The notes beneath the pieces were generated by a model that saw only the letters and a list, made by a program, of their open reading frames with translations, did not search any database and had not been told where the DNA came from. Shown here in pieces: positions 8,190 to 18,675 of a DNA stretch of 64,000 nt; positions within the stretch are counted from its first letter, which is position 1; the number at the start of each line of letters is the position of its first letter. Source of the stretch: Candidatus Heimdallarchaeota archaeon (GTDB lineage Archaea; Asgardarchaeota; Heimdallarchaeia; Hodarchaeales; Hodarchaeaceae); NCBI GenBank assembly GCA_048881705.1, contig JBHLSH010000006.1, positions 1 to 64,000 on the forward strand, in the 5' to 3' direction. Both the position numbers and the translations under genes were made by a program.

Positions 8190-9578
8190 TCAGGAACTAT
8201 CAATTGTTACAGGTTGTTTCTTAAAACATCTAGCTATCCTTTCATATAAATCTGGAATGTTTTTGAAGAAATAATAATCGTAAAGCAGTGGCATAATCAT
8301 ATAATAGTCTCTATATGAGTAAGAATGAAGTAATTCAAACACGGGCCGATTTTTTTGAAGTTTTAACTCCTGAACTAGTTTTTCGTCTCCATAGTGAGAG
8401 ACTAGGGCCCTGAATTCCTTGAAACATTCCCTGTCTATTTTCGATATCGTGGGATGAAGATATTCCAACAATTCTTTTATTGTTTCAATTAACCATTGAC
8501 GTTCTTTTGTCTCCCAATTGGAGTCGAATTCTAAGATAGAGCCAATATTTCTACTTGTGGGACCATAAATCTTTTGTATAGTTTTTTTCCCTCTAAAAAC
8601 TCGTTTTCCCATCTCAATAACGAGATTTGCTTCTCTTAATTGCTTAATGTAACGATAGATGGTTTTTCTCGTTTTTTTGACGGGAGCTATCTGATTATAC
8701 TTTCTTACCAATTCACTTGTTGTTATTGGCCCATCTCGAATTATTTGAAACAAGGGAACATAGGTAGGTTTCTCGAAAAATCGGCCGATACCTTCTTTCG
8801 AAGAAATCCCAGAAAAAAATTCTGGATAATTCCGTAAAATGTCTTTGTAGGGCGCTTTTTGCCTATCAGGCCGAATGATAATTTCACGGGAATCAGGCCC
8901 TTCCTCTGTCGAACCTTTAAAGCAGGAGGAATATTGAATCTGAGCAAAGGGATTCTTAATCAGAAATGATTCCCAGCTCATGAATGCAAAAATCTCGTCG
9001 AACGGGTATGGCGTCCAGATTGAAATTTTTTCCAGAATCTCCGGATTTTCTGAAGTTAGAAGTTTTTCTCGGTCTTCCGCCGCGCTTTTGTTAAAGCGAA
9101 GATGCCAGTCATAGAGGTCTTCTTTAATGATTTTTTCGTTTGGGTATAGGTGTGAGAGAATTTTGAACAGTTCTCGAAATTGACGTTCTGTATCTGACTT
9201 TGTCCAACCCCGTAATCCCTCTTCAATAATAAAATAGTTTGTAGAGAGAGAATAAAGGGATTTAACATAAATTTTCCCTTCAACCACTCGTTTCCCAGCT
9301 TCTTGGACCAAGCCGTGTATGCGTAAATTCGATAAATAACGATAAATCGTCGATTCGCTTTTGGGAACCCTCTTGCCTGAACCAGAATGAAAGCGTTCAT
9401 GGATATCTTCAATGGTCGAAGGCCCATACTGATGCAACAAGGTTAGGATCCTGAAATTGCGTGGATCCCTTATAATTAAAATCAAATCTGAGGATCTAAT
9501 GATCTTCTTTACCTTAGGTTCTTGAATAATAATGTCTTCAACCTTTCCTGAACCTGCAGGCAGAGCATCCATTTTCAA
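8190..9578 (-). CDS. Tandem (internally duplicated) ArsR-like winged-helix transcriptional regulator
   Basis: Two copies of TIYRY...L...LV.E.GKRV..GK....Y: ESTIYRYLSNLRIHGLVQEAGKRV and RKTIYRYIKQLREANLVIEMGKRV. Start TTG 9578 or ATG 9572. Confidence 0.75.
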   Translation of the reverse strand: MKMDALPAGSGKVEDIIIQEPKVKKIIRSSDLILIIRDPRNFRILTLLHQYGPSTIEDIHERFHSGSGKRVPKSESTIYRYLSNLRIHGLVQEAGKRVVEGKIYVKSLYSLSTNYFIIEEGLRGWTKSDTERQFRELFKILSHLYPNEKIIKEDLYDWHLRFNKSAAEDREKLLTSENPEILEKISIWTPYPFDEIFAFMSWESFLIKNPFAQIQYSSCFKGSTEEGPDSREIIIRPDRQKAPYKDILRNYPEFFSGISSKEGIGRFFEKPTYVPLFQIIRDGPITTSELVRKYNQIAPVKKTRKTIYRYIKQLREANLVIEMGKRVFRGKKTIQKIYGPTSRNIGSILEFDSNWETKERQWLIETIKELLEYLHPTISKIDRECFKEFRALVSHYGDEKLVQELKLQKNRPVFELLHSYSYRDYYMIMPLLYDYYFFKNIPDLYERIARCFKKQPVTIDSS

Positions 9579-9805
9579 GTACCTTGCTTAGTCAATAGCG
9601 ACCCTTGTTATAGTCCTTTTTCCTTCTACGATTTCATCATGCAATTTGTAAACAGATTCATAAAGACAACATGCCTTTTTCGTAATATTTATATTAAATT
9701 TATCATTCTGACAAGATTGTTTCAAAAATCGAGAAAATTATTTCCAGAATGGCATAAGTTTTACATCGTGTATGGAAATTATCGGGTGAAATATAGCAGT
9801 AGAAG

Positions 9806-12439
9806 GTGAAGAGAATACTTCGAAATTCATTGAAAAGGAAAAGGAAATATCTAACCATTCTAACTTGTATCTCCTATTATCTATTCCTTATCGCTTTTCC
9901 TGGCTCCCTGGCTGGTGGTTTAATATCCATAAATCCTTCCAGCAATACTTCAGAGATTTCCAGCGATCTGATATACGCGAAGACAAGTGATTCTTTATTC
10001 GATCCCCGTTCTCCTGATGTTAAGACTCCTGAACACTACCTAATGAATCAAGAATTTCTAGATGAACGAGTAATAAACTCAAACATCACCGTTACGGTAA
10101 AATTGGACGATTTGAATTCTGTACTTGAAGGTAACATTTCTATCGACTACTATAATCAGGACCCTATCAATTTTGATCGTATTCCCTTCCACCTCTACCC
10201 TTCGGGAATGACATATGTTTCTCGAAAGGGTAGGATAGATATTCTTAGCGTAACTGACAAATCCGGCATGAATCTCTTGTTTGATCTGCTTTCGGATCAA
10301 CAACTTATGTGGATAAACCTGACGGGCGATCTTCCGCCCTCTATGAGTACAAGAATAAATATAAAGTTCAATACCACCATTCCTGACGGATATGATAGAT
10401 CTAATTCAAATGGCTTTGATAGCAATCAATCACGCATTTTCACAGTGACGGGATTCTATCCTATTCCCTGTGTTTATGATGATATTGACGGATGGAATAC
10501 GGATCCTTATATCAATGTTAGTGATCCGTTCTACTTTGACATGGCCAATTATGAACTGACTGTGATTGTTCCTACCGGATTTGTCGTTGCGGCGACAGGC
10601 GATTTGATAGATCGAAAGGCTCAAGGAAACTATATCTCTTACGAATTTAAACCGAATGCTCCCGTAAGAGAGGTCGTATTCTCCGCCTCTCGTTACTTCA
10701 TTATGGAAAGTACCATAAGCGGCGGAATTAATGTTTCAAGCTTTTTTTTGCCTCATAATAATGGATTATGGTCAAATAAAACGCTTGATGCTTCGATCAG
10801 GGCATTAACTCTCTTTAGTGATAAATTTGGTACGTATCCTTATACCACATATAATATTGTTGAAACTTACGGACTTTATAGTGGAATGGAGTACCCGTGT
10901 CAAGTTCAGATCTCTGAAGGGATTGCTGCACGTCATCCTGACGATGCCGATGTTTGGTTCGAACGTACCCTCGCCCATGAGGCAGCTCACCAATGGTGGA
11001 GCCAAATTGTTGGAAATGATCAGATAGATTTCGGTCATCTCGATGAAGGATTGGCTAGCTGGTCTACGGATTACTATTTTGACTATTACAATCCAGGCTG
11101 GAATTATTTTGAAGACTATTGGGCCATTAACGATGTTAGAACCTATTACATCAACAACAAGCAACCAGGCCGAGTAAACCAATCAGCTTACGCTTTCATT
11201 GGAACAAATATGAGTTTTGGATTTACAGCTTATACGAAGGCATCTTTACTCTTCCAAAAGCTTAGATCTACTCTAGGAAACAGTGATTATATTTCTGGAT
11301 TAAAAAACTTCTATGATACCTATAAATTCAAAATTGCAACGCTACCCCAGCTCCGACAATCCTTTGAAGAAGTTACGGGCAAGAATTTAGATTGGTTTTT
11401 CCTTCCATGGTTTGACAATCCCTATCTCCCCAATTATTATGTTAGCAATGTGACTTATAATCCTACTCAGAATAACATGAGTTTTACTGTGATAGACAGT
11501 AATGAAGATCTAAATAATTATTATTATTCTCAAAAACTCCCGATTGTGGTTTTGGATATTCGTTCATTTGGTATACTATACGGTGATCAGATCTGGGTCA
11601 ACGGTACAACCGAGGTTGAGGTTAATCTAATTGAGGGAATAGTTCCGGGTGAAATACGCCTCTTATACGATTCTGAAGTCCTTGCGCAGATGGGGTCGAC
11701 CGAAACTCCCTTCGTATCATATAGTGACCCTAGTTGGTTCAATGATCTGGAGCGCCCCGATTCCAGATGGTTTTCATTTGAAGAAGACGATTGGATTGAG
11801 TGGAACTATAGAGCTACGTTTATCGATATGAAGAACCAGATCCCATCGCTTGATCAGAGTGGGATTTTTTACTGCAATATTCTTCAAATGAAACGATTCA
11901 CTAGAACAGTTGAAATAGAATCCGAATGGATTTGGACTCCTTATCATGAACTGTTTTCCGAGTTTACGGGCATATTTACCAGTTATCTTGATGCTGAAAG
12001 CCATGTCACTCCCTATCATATGGCATTGGTTTCTTTTTTTGTGGGTTCTGAATTTCAGTTTACGCCGTCGTGGCTTGATTCAATAAGGCCATTGGTTGAT
12101 GCGCTGGATTATGAAATACAGAATGAGGGCCATGGACTTAACGTTAGGTACCTTGCAGGTGATGATAACTTCACAATTCTTGCAGATTATAATTCGGATG
12201 GTATCCTGGCCAATCTAGAGATAGCATTCCATCCGCTCTATCCAGGTGGGATTATGGGGCCAGAATTACACGGTAAACTCTCCTTATATCTCCGTAATAG
12301 CTCATTCAAAGATTATAGACCTGTATTGGCCTCTCTTGTAGAATTGGCTCTTATCCCTTTCTCTGCAGCGGTCGTCATCGCACATGTGGCTTGGTACCTA
12401 CGAAAACGAAGGAATCATTATTCAGATCGCCAGAGATGA
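9806..12439 (+). CDS. Membrane-anchored M1 family zinc aminopeptidase
   Basis: GMEYP exopeptidase motif; HEAAH-x18-E (LAHEAAHQWW...LDEGLA); Tyr in TAYTKA; N-terminal signal; C-terminal TM plus RKRR. Confidence 0.92.
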   Translation: MKRILRNSLKRKRKYLTILTCISYYLFLIAFPGSLAGGLISINPSSNTSEISSDLIYAKTSDSLFDPRSPDVKTPEHYLMNQEFLDERVINSNITVTVKLDDLNSVLEGNISIDYYNQDPINFDRIPFHLYPSGMTYVSRKGRIDILSVTDKSGMNLLFDLLSDQQLMWINLTGDLPPSMSTRINIKFNTTIPDGYDRSNSNGFDSNQSRIFTVTGFYPIPCVYDDIDGWNTDPYINVSDPFYFDMANYELTVIVPTGFVVAATGDLIDRKAQGNYISYEFKPNAPVREVVFSASRYFIMESTISGGINVSSFFLPHNNGLWSNKTLDASIRALTLFSDKFGTYPYTTYNIVETYGLYSGMEYPCQVQISEGIAARHPDDADVWFERTLAHEAAHQWWSQIVGNDQIDFGHLDEGLASWSTDYYFDYYNPGWNYFEDYWAINDVRTYYINNKQPGRVNQSAYAFIGTNMSFGFTAYTKASLLFQKLRSTLGNSDYISGLKNFYDTYKFKIATLPQLRQSFEEVTGKNLDWFFLPWFDNPYLPNYYVSNVTYNPTQNNMSFTVIDSNEDLNNYYYSQKLPIVVLDIRSFGILYGDQIWVNGTTEVEVNLIEGIVPGEIRLLYDSEVLAQMGSTETPFVSYSDPSWFNDLERPDSRWFSFEEDDWIEWNYRATFIDMKNQIPSLDQSGIFYCNILQMKRFTRTVEIESEWIWTPYHELFSEFTGIFTSYLDAESHVTPYHMALVSFFVGSEFQFTPSWLDSIRPLVDALDYEIQNEGHGLNVRYLAGDDNFTILADYNSDGILANLEIAFHPLYPGGIMGPELHGKLSLYLRNSSFKDYRPVLASLVELALIPFSAAVVIAHVAWYLRKRRNHYSDRQR

Positions 12440-12443
12440 TAAT

Positions 12444-13700
12444 ATGAATATACCAGCTGTAACATCAGAAGAAGTAGAGATTTCGAAGCCTTCTAGGATC
12501 GCGGCTATTGATTTTACCAGAGGCCTCGTAGTTATTTTAATGGCTCTCGATCATGCTTCGACCTATTGGAACTCGGGTCGTGTTTTCGGGGAATTCTGGT
12601 TCGGCAGCAGACCCGTTCCCATGCCCGACCTATTGCAATTCCTCATACGATTCGTTTCTCATTGGTGCGCCCCAGCTTTTGTTTTTTTAGCAGGAACATC
12701 TATCGTCCTCTATGAATCTTCACGAAGGAAACGAGATATCGCAGAGAAGGAAATCACAAACAACCTAATTGCACGAGGATGTGTACTCCTAATAATCGAA
12801 TGGACACTGATTGGATGGTTATTTTCCGCTGGATCTGGATATTTTGGCGTCTTGGCTGCGATAGGTGTTGGACTCATAATTTATGCGTTTTTAAGAAGAT
12901 TGAGCACCAAAATCGTTCTAGGATTTTCTTTATTCCTTGTACTCTCTCCCTTGTTTGCCGGTTTTATTTGGAATCCGATAATGGAGGCGGGATCTCATCC
13001 CGTGAACTTCTCAATTTTGTATCCAGGTGTTATTCTCGACCCAATCCTATCGATTAATCCCGAATTACAAACATGGATTCGCACAATTCTTCATTGGCCT
13101 CAATTTCCGTATGGTCTTTACCCCTTGGATCCATGGCTTGGTGTTATGGGATTGGGGATCGTTTTCGGGCGTTGGCTGTTAAAACAACAAGAAGATAAGA
13201 AAACAACGCGTGATATATCAAAAAAATTGGGACTCACTGGAGGAATAGCATTGATATTATTCTTCTTTGTCCGGACACTCTTAGGACTGCCCAGCACATA
13301 TTTCCCCATTTGGTCTGCTAATGGCGTTCTCATCGAGAATGCTTTTATGATCCAGAATTATTTCTGGATGAGTAAATACCCTCCAAGCATAGTTTTTCTC
13401 CTTTGGACTTTAGGAGGAATGTGTCTGGCATTAGCAGCGGGATTTTATTTGCAGGAAAACGAAAAGTTTCAAAAGTGGGCAAGCGGCATCTTGTTATTTG
13501 GAAGTACAGCTTTGTTTTTCTATTGCACTCATTTATTAATCTACGGGGCGGTGCCTGTTGTTTTGGGATTAGTAAAATTGTTTTCTATTCAGGTCACATT
13601 GCTCGTATGGATCTTGGGTTTGTTAATCTTGTATCCTTTATGTATACGATTTAAACAAATCAAAAGAAGATACCCCCATTCTTTGCTTAAATATATTTAG
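12444..13700 (+). CDS. DUF1624 / heparan-alpha-glucosaminide N-acetyltransferase-like membrane protein
   Basis: RIAAIDFTRGLVVILMALDH, SHWCAPAFVFLAG and SKYPPS motifs; multiple TMs. Start ATG 12444, 4 nt after the M1 stop. Confidence 0.85.
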   Translation: MNIPAVTSEEVEISKPSRIAAIDFTRGLVVILMALDHASTYWNSGRVFGEFWFGSRPVPMPDLLQFLIRFVSHWCAPAFVFLAGTSIVLYESSRRKRDIAEKEITNNLIARGCVLLIIEWTLIGWLFSAGSGYFGVLAAIGVGLIIYAFLRRLSTKIVLGFSLFLVLSPLFAGFIWNPIMEAGSHPVNFSILYPGVILDPILSINPELQTWIRTILHWPQFPYGLYPLDPWLGVMGLGIVFGRWLLKQQEDKKTTRDISKKLGLTGGIALILFFFVRTLLGLPSTYFPIWSANGVLIENAFMIQNYFWMSKYPPSIVFLLWTLGGMCLALAAGFYLQENEKFQKWASGILLFGSTALFFYCTHLLIYGAVPVVLGLVKLFSIQVTLLVWILGLLILYPLCIRFKQIKRRYPHSLLKYI

Positions 13701-13742
13701 ACGTGTTATCACATCGTTAGTATAGAATTTTATCAAAACAAC

Positions 13743-15059
13743 CTAAAGAAAAGGAGATAGAATTATTAGATAAATCGTCCCAATCAGAAGATGGAAGACT
13801 CCGAGAACTCCTCCGAGCTTAAAAAATTCGAAGAACGAGATTGGAGACCCCTCACGATTAGCCAAATTAATGGCCAATATATTCGCTGGACTACCTATCG
13901 GTAGGATATATCCACCTAGATTTACAGCAATCACTAATGCCCACCATTTTATCTCATCAACAACCCCGATCACTTGTAAATCCGCAAAAACTGGTGCTAG
14001 CGCGGCAGAAATTGGAATATTGTCCACAACTGCCGACATGGCCCCAATTCCAAATGATATGAGTGGTAAGCTAAAAATCAGATCTAATTCAAAAAAAGGC
14101 GTTAAGATTTCACCGAGGATTTCTAAAATACCGAGGATTTCAATCGATCCCACCAATATGAACAATCCCATTATGAAGTAGATAGAAATCCATTCAACAT
14201 CCCGAAAGATATCTTTAGGGTGCATTCCACTAAACAACAGAAGCCCGGCGGCAACTACAAGTGCAATTTCTGCTGCTTTAAGGTGAATAATCGACCCGAA
14301 AATAAACCCTGAAACAAGAATCATTAATCCGAATATAACTGAATAAAAAGTCCTTCGACTTTCGATAAGAACTCCCGGATCCAGACGGAATACATCCGAT
14401 ACAAGGTCGGGAGAAGCATCTTGAAACTTATTACGTGCATATAAAATATAGAACGGTAAGGCCGTTAATAGTAGAATTAAACTAAGCGGCCCCATAACCA
14501 TTATAAAGTCAAGAAAGGTGATCCCGCTTTTATCTGCAAGAACTATGTTTGGTATGCTCCCGACGAGGGACGAAATCGAGCCAAAATTTGCTGTTATTGC
14601 TTCAATGGTTAGTATTGGACGAAAATCAAAATCTAAAATTCGATAAATCTCTACAGTCAATGGTGCCACGATCAACATCGTAGTGATTACATCGAAAACG
14701 AAACTAATAATAAAAGTCACTAGAGTGAGCGATAATAATAAAGTTCTTGGATTTCCTCTAGTAAATCGTACAATTATAATGCTAATATATTGAAAAAGGC
14801 CAGATCGGCTAGAAATGATGGTAATTATCATCATCGCAGTGATAAAAATCAGTGTATTCCATTCAACTCGGAAAATGATGGTTTTAAATTCCGTCGGTTG
14901 CCCTTCATATTCCCATTGAGTTATTATCAAAAGAACTGATATGGCACCGGCACCTAATAGAGCTGAAATTGGCCGATGAAGCTTTTCTGCGGAAATAAGT
15001 ATGTAAGTACCAACAAAAATTGCGATACCTATGATTTGTATAAGTTCAAGTGCGGCCAT
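13743..15059 (-). CDS. ArsB/NhaD (SLC13/IT superfamily) ion transporter
   Basis: ~12 TM segments; ANFGSISSLVGSIPNI, DNIP and NLGGYILPIGSPANIL hairpin motifs. Confidence 0.88.
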   Translation of the reverse strand: MAALELIQIIGIAIFVGTYILISAEKLHRPISALLGAGAISVLLIITQWEYEGQPTEFKTIIFRVEWNTLIFITAMMIITIISSRSGLFQYISIIIVRFTRGNPRTLLLSLTLVTFIISFVFDVITTMLIVAPLTVEIYRILDFDFRPILTIEAITANFGSISSLVGSIPNIVLADKSGITFLDFIMVMGPLSLILLLTALPFYILYARNKFQDASPDLVSDVFRLDPGVLIESRRTFYSVIFGLMILVSGFIFGSIIHLKAAEIALVVAAGLLLFSGMHPKDIFRDVEWISIYFIMGLFILVGSIEILGILEILGEILTPFFELDLIFSLPLISFGIGAMSAVVDNIPISAALAPVFADLQVIGVVDEIKWWALVIAVNLGGYILPIGSPANILAINLANREGSPISFFEFFKLGGVLGVFHLLIGTIYLIILSPFL

Positions 15060-15425
15060 TAAGAAAACTTCACACTCTCAGGATTTTACGCTCATAATAG
15101 AATACTGATTTTTCTTTTTTACTAATTATTTCACAAAGGCATAATGAGGAGTTCATACTCTTATAATGCATCTTACTATTGGACATCCACATACCTGGTA
15201 CACTTACAAATCCTCTGAATTTTCAAGCTAATTCATGCGTAGCCATTATACCTCTATGCAATTAAATTAATAAGAATGTTGTTGATCAAACATAAGTGAT
15301 AGATTCCAATTAAAGAGAGTCAATAGTTTTCACCATATTCAAAATTAGTTTTCCATGGTAGTTTTGATCCTCTAATAAGAAGATCTTTCAGATATCGTAT
15401 ATTAAAAGCGCAAGGATGTCACATT

Positions 15426-16349
15426 TTGAAGGAACTTGATATAAAATCCAATATTGATCAATTTGTTGGGAAAATTATAGATTTCATAGGTAACGCAGTA
15501 GAGGAAAGAAAATATGAGGGGGTCCTAATATGGTTTTCAGGGTTCATTGATTCGACCGTAATTACGAAATTATCACTAGAAACCCTAGATGAGGATAAGA
15601 TAAAGATCCTACTCCGGGCGGAAAAGTTTTATGATGATTATGATAAGATATGTAAAAGTTCATTAGATTACCTAGGGATAAAGAAAAAGAACATTGAAGA
15701 ATGCGATGTCGATGAACTATTGGATAAGTTTGGCTCCGGGCCTCTAGTCGAGGGATCAATCAGGCAGATTCCCCTAGTAAGTACGCGCCTGAGCTATTCC
15801 TTTCTGAAAGGGGCCTCTCTTGGTGAAATAATGGATAAAACGTATGGTTTTGTTGGTAAAGCATCCTCGGGGAGAGATGAATTACTCAATCGAATAATCG
15901 CGCACAATAAGCTTAGCTCTAGGATTCAGATGGCCTCGGCATATTTGATTGCAGAAACAGAAAATCGACTCTTGATCAGTACTCTGAATAAAACCGAATT
16001 GATGACTGGTTTATTCACCAAGTTTGGAAGGGGACAGTGTGCTGATATAATGCCTCTTGGACATCTGTATAGATCCCAGATATTACAGTTGGCAGAATTT
16101 TTGGATGTTCCAGAAATTATAAGAAGTGCTGCTAAAGTCGACCTCCTTCCAGGGGTAGAGAACAAATATTTGTATTTCTTTAATCTGCCGGCTTATGATG
16201 TCGACAAGGTTCTGGTATTATTAGAAACAGGCCGATCGGTTCAGGACATTCAAAGCGAACTGAACCTATCAATTGAAGAGATTGAGAGAATTAGTACATT
16301 TGTTGCATCATCCGCGTATTCAAGAGGTGTACCTCTGATAATTGAATAA
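15426..16349 (+). CDS. NAD+ synthetase (NadE)-like protein with altered PP-loop
   Basis: FSGFIDS (consensus SGGxDS), SRIQM, LNKTELMTGLFTKFG, ADIMPLGHLYRSQI, DLLPG. TTG start. Confidence 0.8.
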   Translation: MKELDIKSNIDQFVGKIIDFIGNAVEERKYEGVLIWFSGFIDSTVITKLSLETLDEDKIKILLRAEKFYDDYDKICKSSLDYLGIKKKNIEECDVDELLDKFGSGPLVEGSIRQIPLVSTRLSYSFLKGASLGEIMDKTYGFVGKASSGRDELLNRIIAHNKLSSRIQMASAYLIAETENRLLISTLNKTELMTGLFTKFGRGQCADIMPLGHLYRSQILQLAEFLDVPEIIRSAAKVDLLPGVENKYLYFFNLPAYDVDKVLVLLETGRSVQDIQSELNLSIEEIERISTFVASSAYSRGVPLIIE

Positions 16350-16516
16350 ACAAAACCTTCACAGCAAATCCACCTCCAAATTTCAAATCGACTCAACTAA
16401 TCCGTTCTCAAGAATAGTACTTGGCAATCGGTTGATAGATCCAAAAAAATCCAAATGACAGCTTTTGATTGAGGATGAATCTATTCAAGGTCAACTATTG
16501 GAAGTTCGTTTAAATC

Positions 16517-17476
16517 TTATATCTCCGGTATTAAAGGGACCGTTCTAGCGTACCTGGATACATCGTAATAATATCTGATCTTCTGTATCGCATCAATATG
16601 GACTCCAGTCTCCTTATGGATTTCTTCCAGGGAATAGCTTCCGACCTCTAATCTTAATAAGACGCGATCAACTTCCCTATGTGATAGATCAAAGAAAAAT
16701 TTATAACTCGTTGGTATCTCCTCTACTCTTTCATCAAGATATTTCTTCAGGTTAAGATATTTTGCCAATTGAACCACCTGTGTTTTATAAAGCGCAGCTA
16801 AAGGTAGGAAATCGGCCGCATGATAGGTTCCGAATTTCGTAAAGAGCCCTAAGAGCCATTCTGTTTTATTGACATGACCAATATAAGATTTATTTTCTAT
16901 TTCAGCCAGAAGGAACGACAGAAGCATATTCAGACGTATCCGGCTTTTATAGTGGGCTATTGACTGACGAATAAACTTCTCCCTTTTGGTCCTTGGCCGT
17001 TTTGAAGGAGGGCTGAAGGTTTCCAACTCAAAATCATCGCGGGCCATGCTTTTAAACAATATATAGCTTAAATTATAATTCAATATCGGGGAGCTGTCAG
17101 TAACTGAACGAGCTACCATCTTTCCGGTTTTTTCTGAGTAAACCCTGCCAATATCCCGAATCAGATTCTCTATATTGATGAAAACAAGACTTTCGTTTGG
17201 TAGATCAAGATGCTGTTTTATCAACTCTGTGTCCCTCTCCCTAGTTGGTTTTCTGCTACTGAATCTCCCTTGAGTTACGATCAAACTGACATTTTCTGCC
17301 CCCACGGCTGCGCATGCCAATTTAACGTTAACAAGAGACTCAACCTCGTCTCTAAAAAGCAGGACTAGGCCTTCGATGTCTCTTTTTTCCAAGAAAGAAC
17401 GTAGGAATTCCACAATTTTCTCTTCAACAGAACTTGGGTCGATTTGTAACCTTTCATCCAAAACCATTTCGCTCAT
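16517..17476 (-). CDS. Second NadE-like paralogue lacking the PP-loop
   Basis: IDPSSVEEKIVEFL N-terminus; FRDEVES at the PP-loop position; VNKTEWLLGLFTKFG; ADFLPLAALYKTQV; C-terminal VPLIPEI. Confidence 0.75.
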   Translation of the reverse strand: MSEMVLDERLQIDPSSVEEKIVEFLRSFLEKRDIEGLVLLFRDEVESLVNVKLACAAVGAENVSLIVTQGRFSSRKPTRERDTELIKQHLDLPNESLVFINIENLIRDIGRVYSEKTGKMVARSVTDSSPILNYNLSYILFKSMARDDFELETFSPPSKRPRTKREKFIRQSIAHYKSRIRLNMLLSFLLAEIENKSYIGHVNKTEWLLGLFTKFGTYHAADFLPLAALYKTQVVQLAKYLNLKKYLDERVEEIPTSYKFFFDLSHREVDRVLLRLEVGSYSLEEIHKETGVHIDAIQKIRYYYDVSRYARTVPLIPEI

Positions 17477-17529
17477 TGGCTAATATTAACGCACTTATGA
17501 TAATTGCCCTCTTGACTCGAATTCACGAT

Positions 17530-18603
17530 TTAGATCGGAACGAAGGTTTCGTCTTTGGAAATTGACCTGATCAGGTTGACGACCAAATTAACGCAATTTT
17601 CCACGTCATCTAGACTGACAACCTCACTAGCAGTGTGCATATAGCGATTTGGAATACTGACTAGGGCTGTCGCTGCTCCAACTAGTTGAAGCGCATTTGC
17701 ATCTGTACCTGTTCCCCTATGTGCCGCCTTTCTTTGATAGGGTATATGAAGATCTTCAGCGAGCTTAACAATCTTTTGAAATAAGTTGGGGTTTATATTC
17801 GGACCTACAGAGATAATTGGGCCCTGACCAAGCTTGGTATCACCTACTAGTTTCTTCTTGATTTCCGGTGCATCCGCCGCATGTCCGACATCAAATGCGA
17901 TCCCCACTTCTGGTCTTATACTTCGTGCTGCTACAGTGGCACCACGCATTCCGATCTCTTCTTGTACTGAACTTACTCCATATACTCCTGCAAAGAACTG
18001 CTTATCGCTGGAAAGTTCTTTCATGATTTCCATGGTGACAAAGGCACCGATCGCGTCATCAAAGCCAGCCGAGGCTGCATAGTTATGGTCTCCCAGTCGT
18101 TGGTATCCGTGATCAAAAACCGCAAAATCACCGATTTCAACTTTTGATTCTGCTTCCTCTTTATCGTGACATCCAATATCTATAAAGATCTTTTCGATGT
18201 CGGGAGACTTTTTACGTTCTTCTGGTTTTATTATATGAATAGGTTTCCTCCCAATGACTCCAGGTATCGCACCATCCCGTCCCCAGACTTTTACTCGTTT
18301 TCCGGGCAACGTAGACGGATCAAAACCGCCCAGAGGTAAAAACCAAAGAAATCCATTTTTATCGATGTAGCTAATCTGGAAACCGATCTGGTCGATATGC
18401 CCTGCGAGCATAACCTTTGTAGGCGATTCTGGATTGATTACTGCAATTAGATTCCCAACTCGATCTCCGTAGAGCTGATCCAAGTTCGCCTCTGACTGGA
18501 GGTAATCCTTGATTAGGCGTTGGGCGGAAAATTCGTATCCCGTGGCTCTCGGTGTTGAGAGTAATGCTTTCAGAAACTCCTCATTGATGGTGTATGTCAT
18601 CAT
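17530..18603 (-). CDS. M42 family (TET/FrvX-like) metallo-aminopeptidase
   Basis: AGHIDQIG, FDDAIG, QEEIG, FDVGHA, GTDA and RYMHTASE metal-ligand motifs. Confidence 0.92.
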   Translation of the reverse strand: MMTYTINEEFLKALLSTPRATGYEFSAQRLIKDYLQSEANLDQLYGDRVGNLIAVINPESPTKVMLAGHIDQIGFQISYIDKNGFLWFLPLGGFDPSTLPGKRVKVWGRDGAIPGVIGRKPIHIIKPEERKKSPDIEKIFIDIGCHDKEEAESKVEIGDFAVFDHGYQRLGDHNYAASAGFDDAIGAFVTMEIMKELSSDKQFFAGVYGVSSVQEEIGMRGATVAARSIRPEVGIAFDVGHAADAPEIKKKLVGDTKLGQGPIISVGPNINPNLFQKIVKLAEDLHIPYQRKAAHRGTGTDANALQLVGAATALVSIPNRYMHTASEVVSLDDVENCVNLVVNLIRSISKDETFVPI

Positions 18604-18675
18604 GATCGGGCTTTAGGTCTCGAATGGAGAAAAAAAAACTGTCGTTAAATCCAATTGAATTGGAAGTGAACGCTT

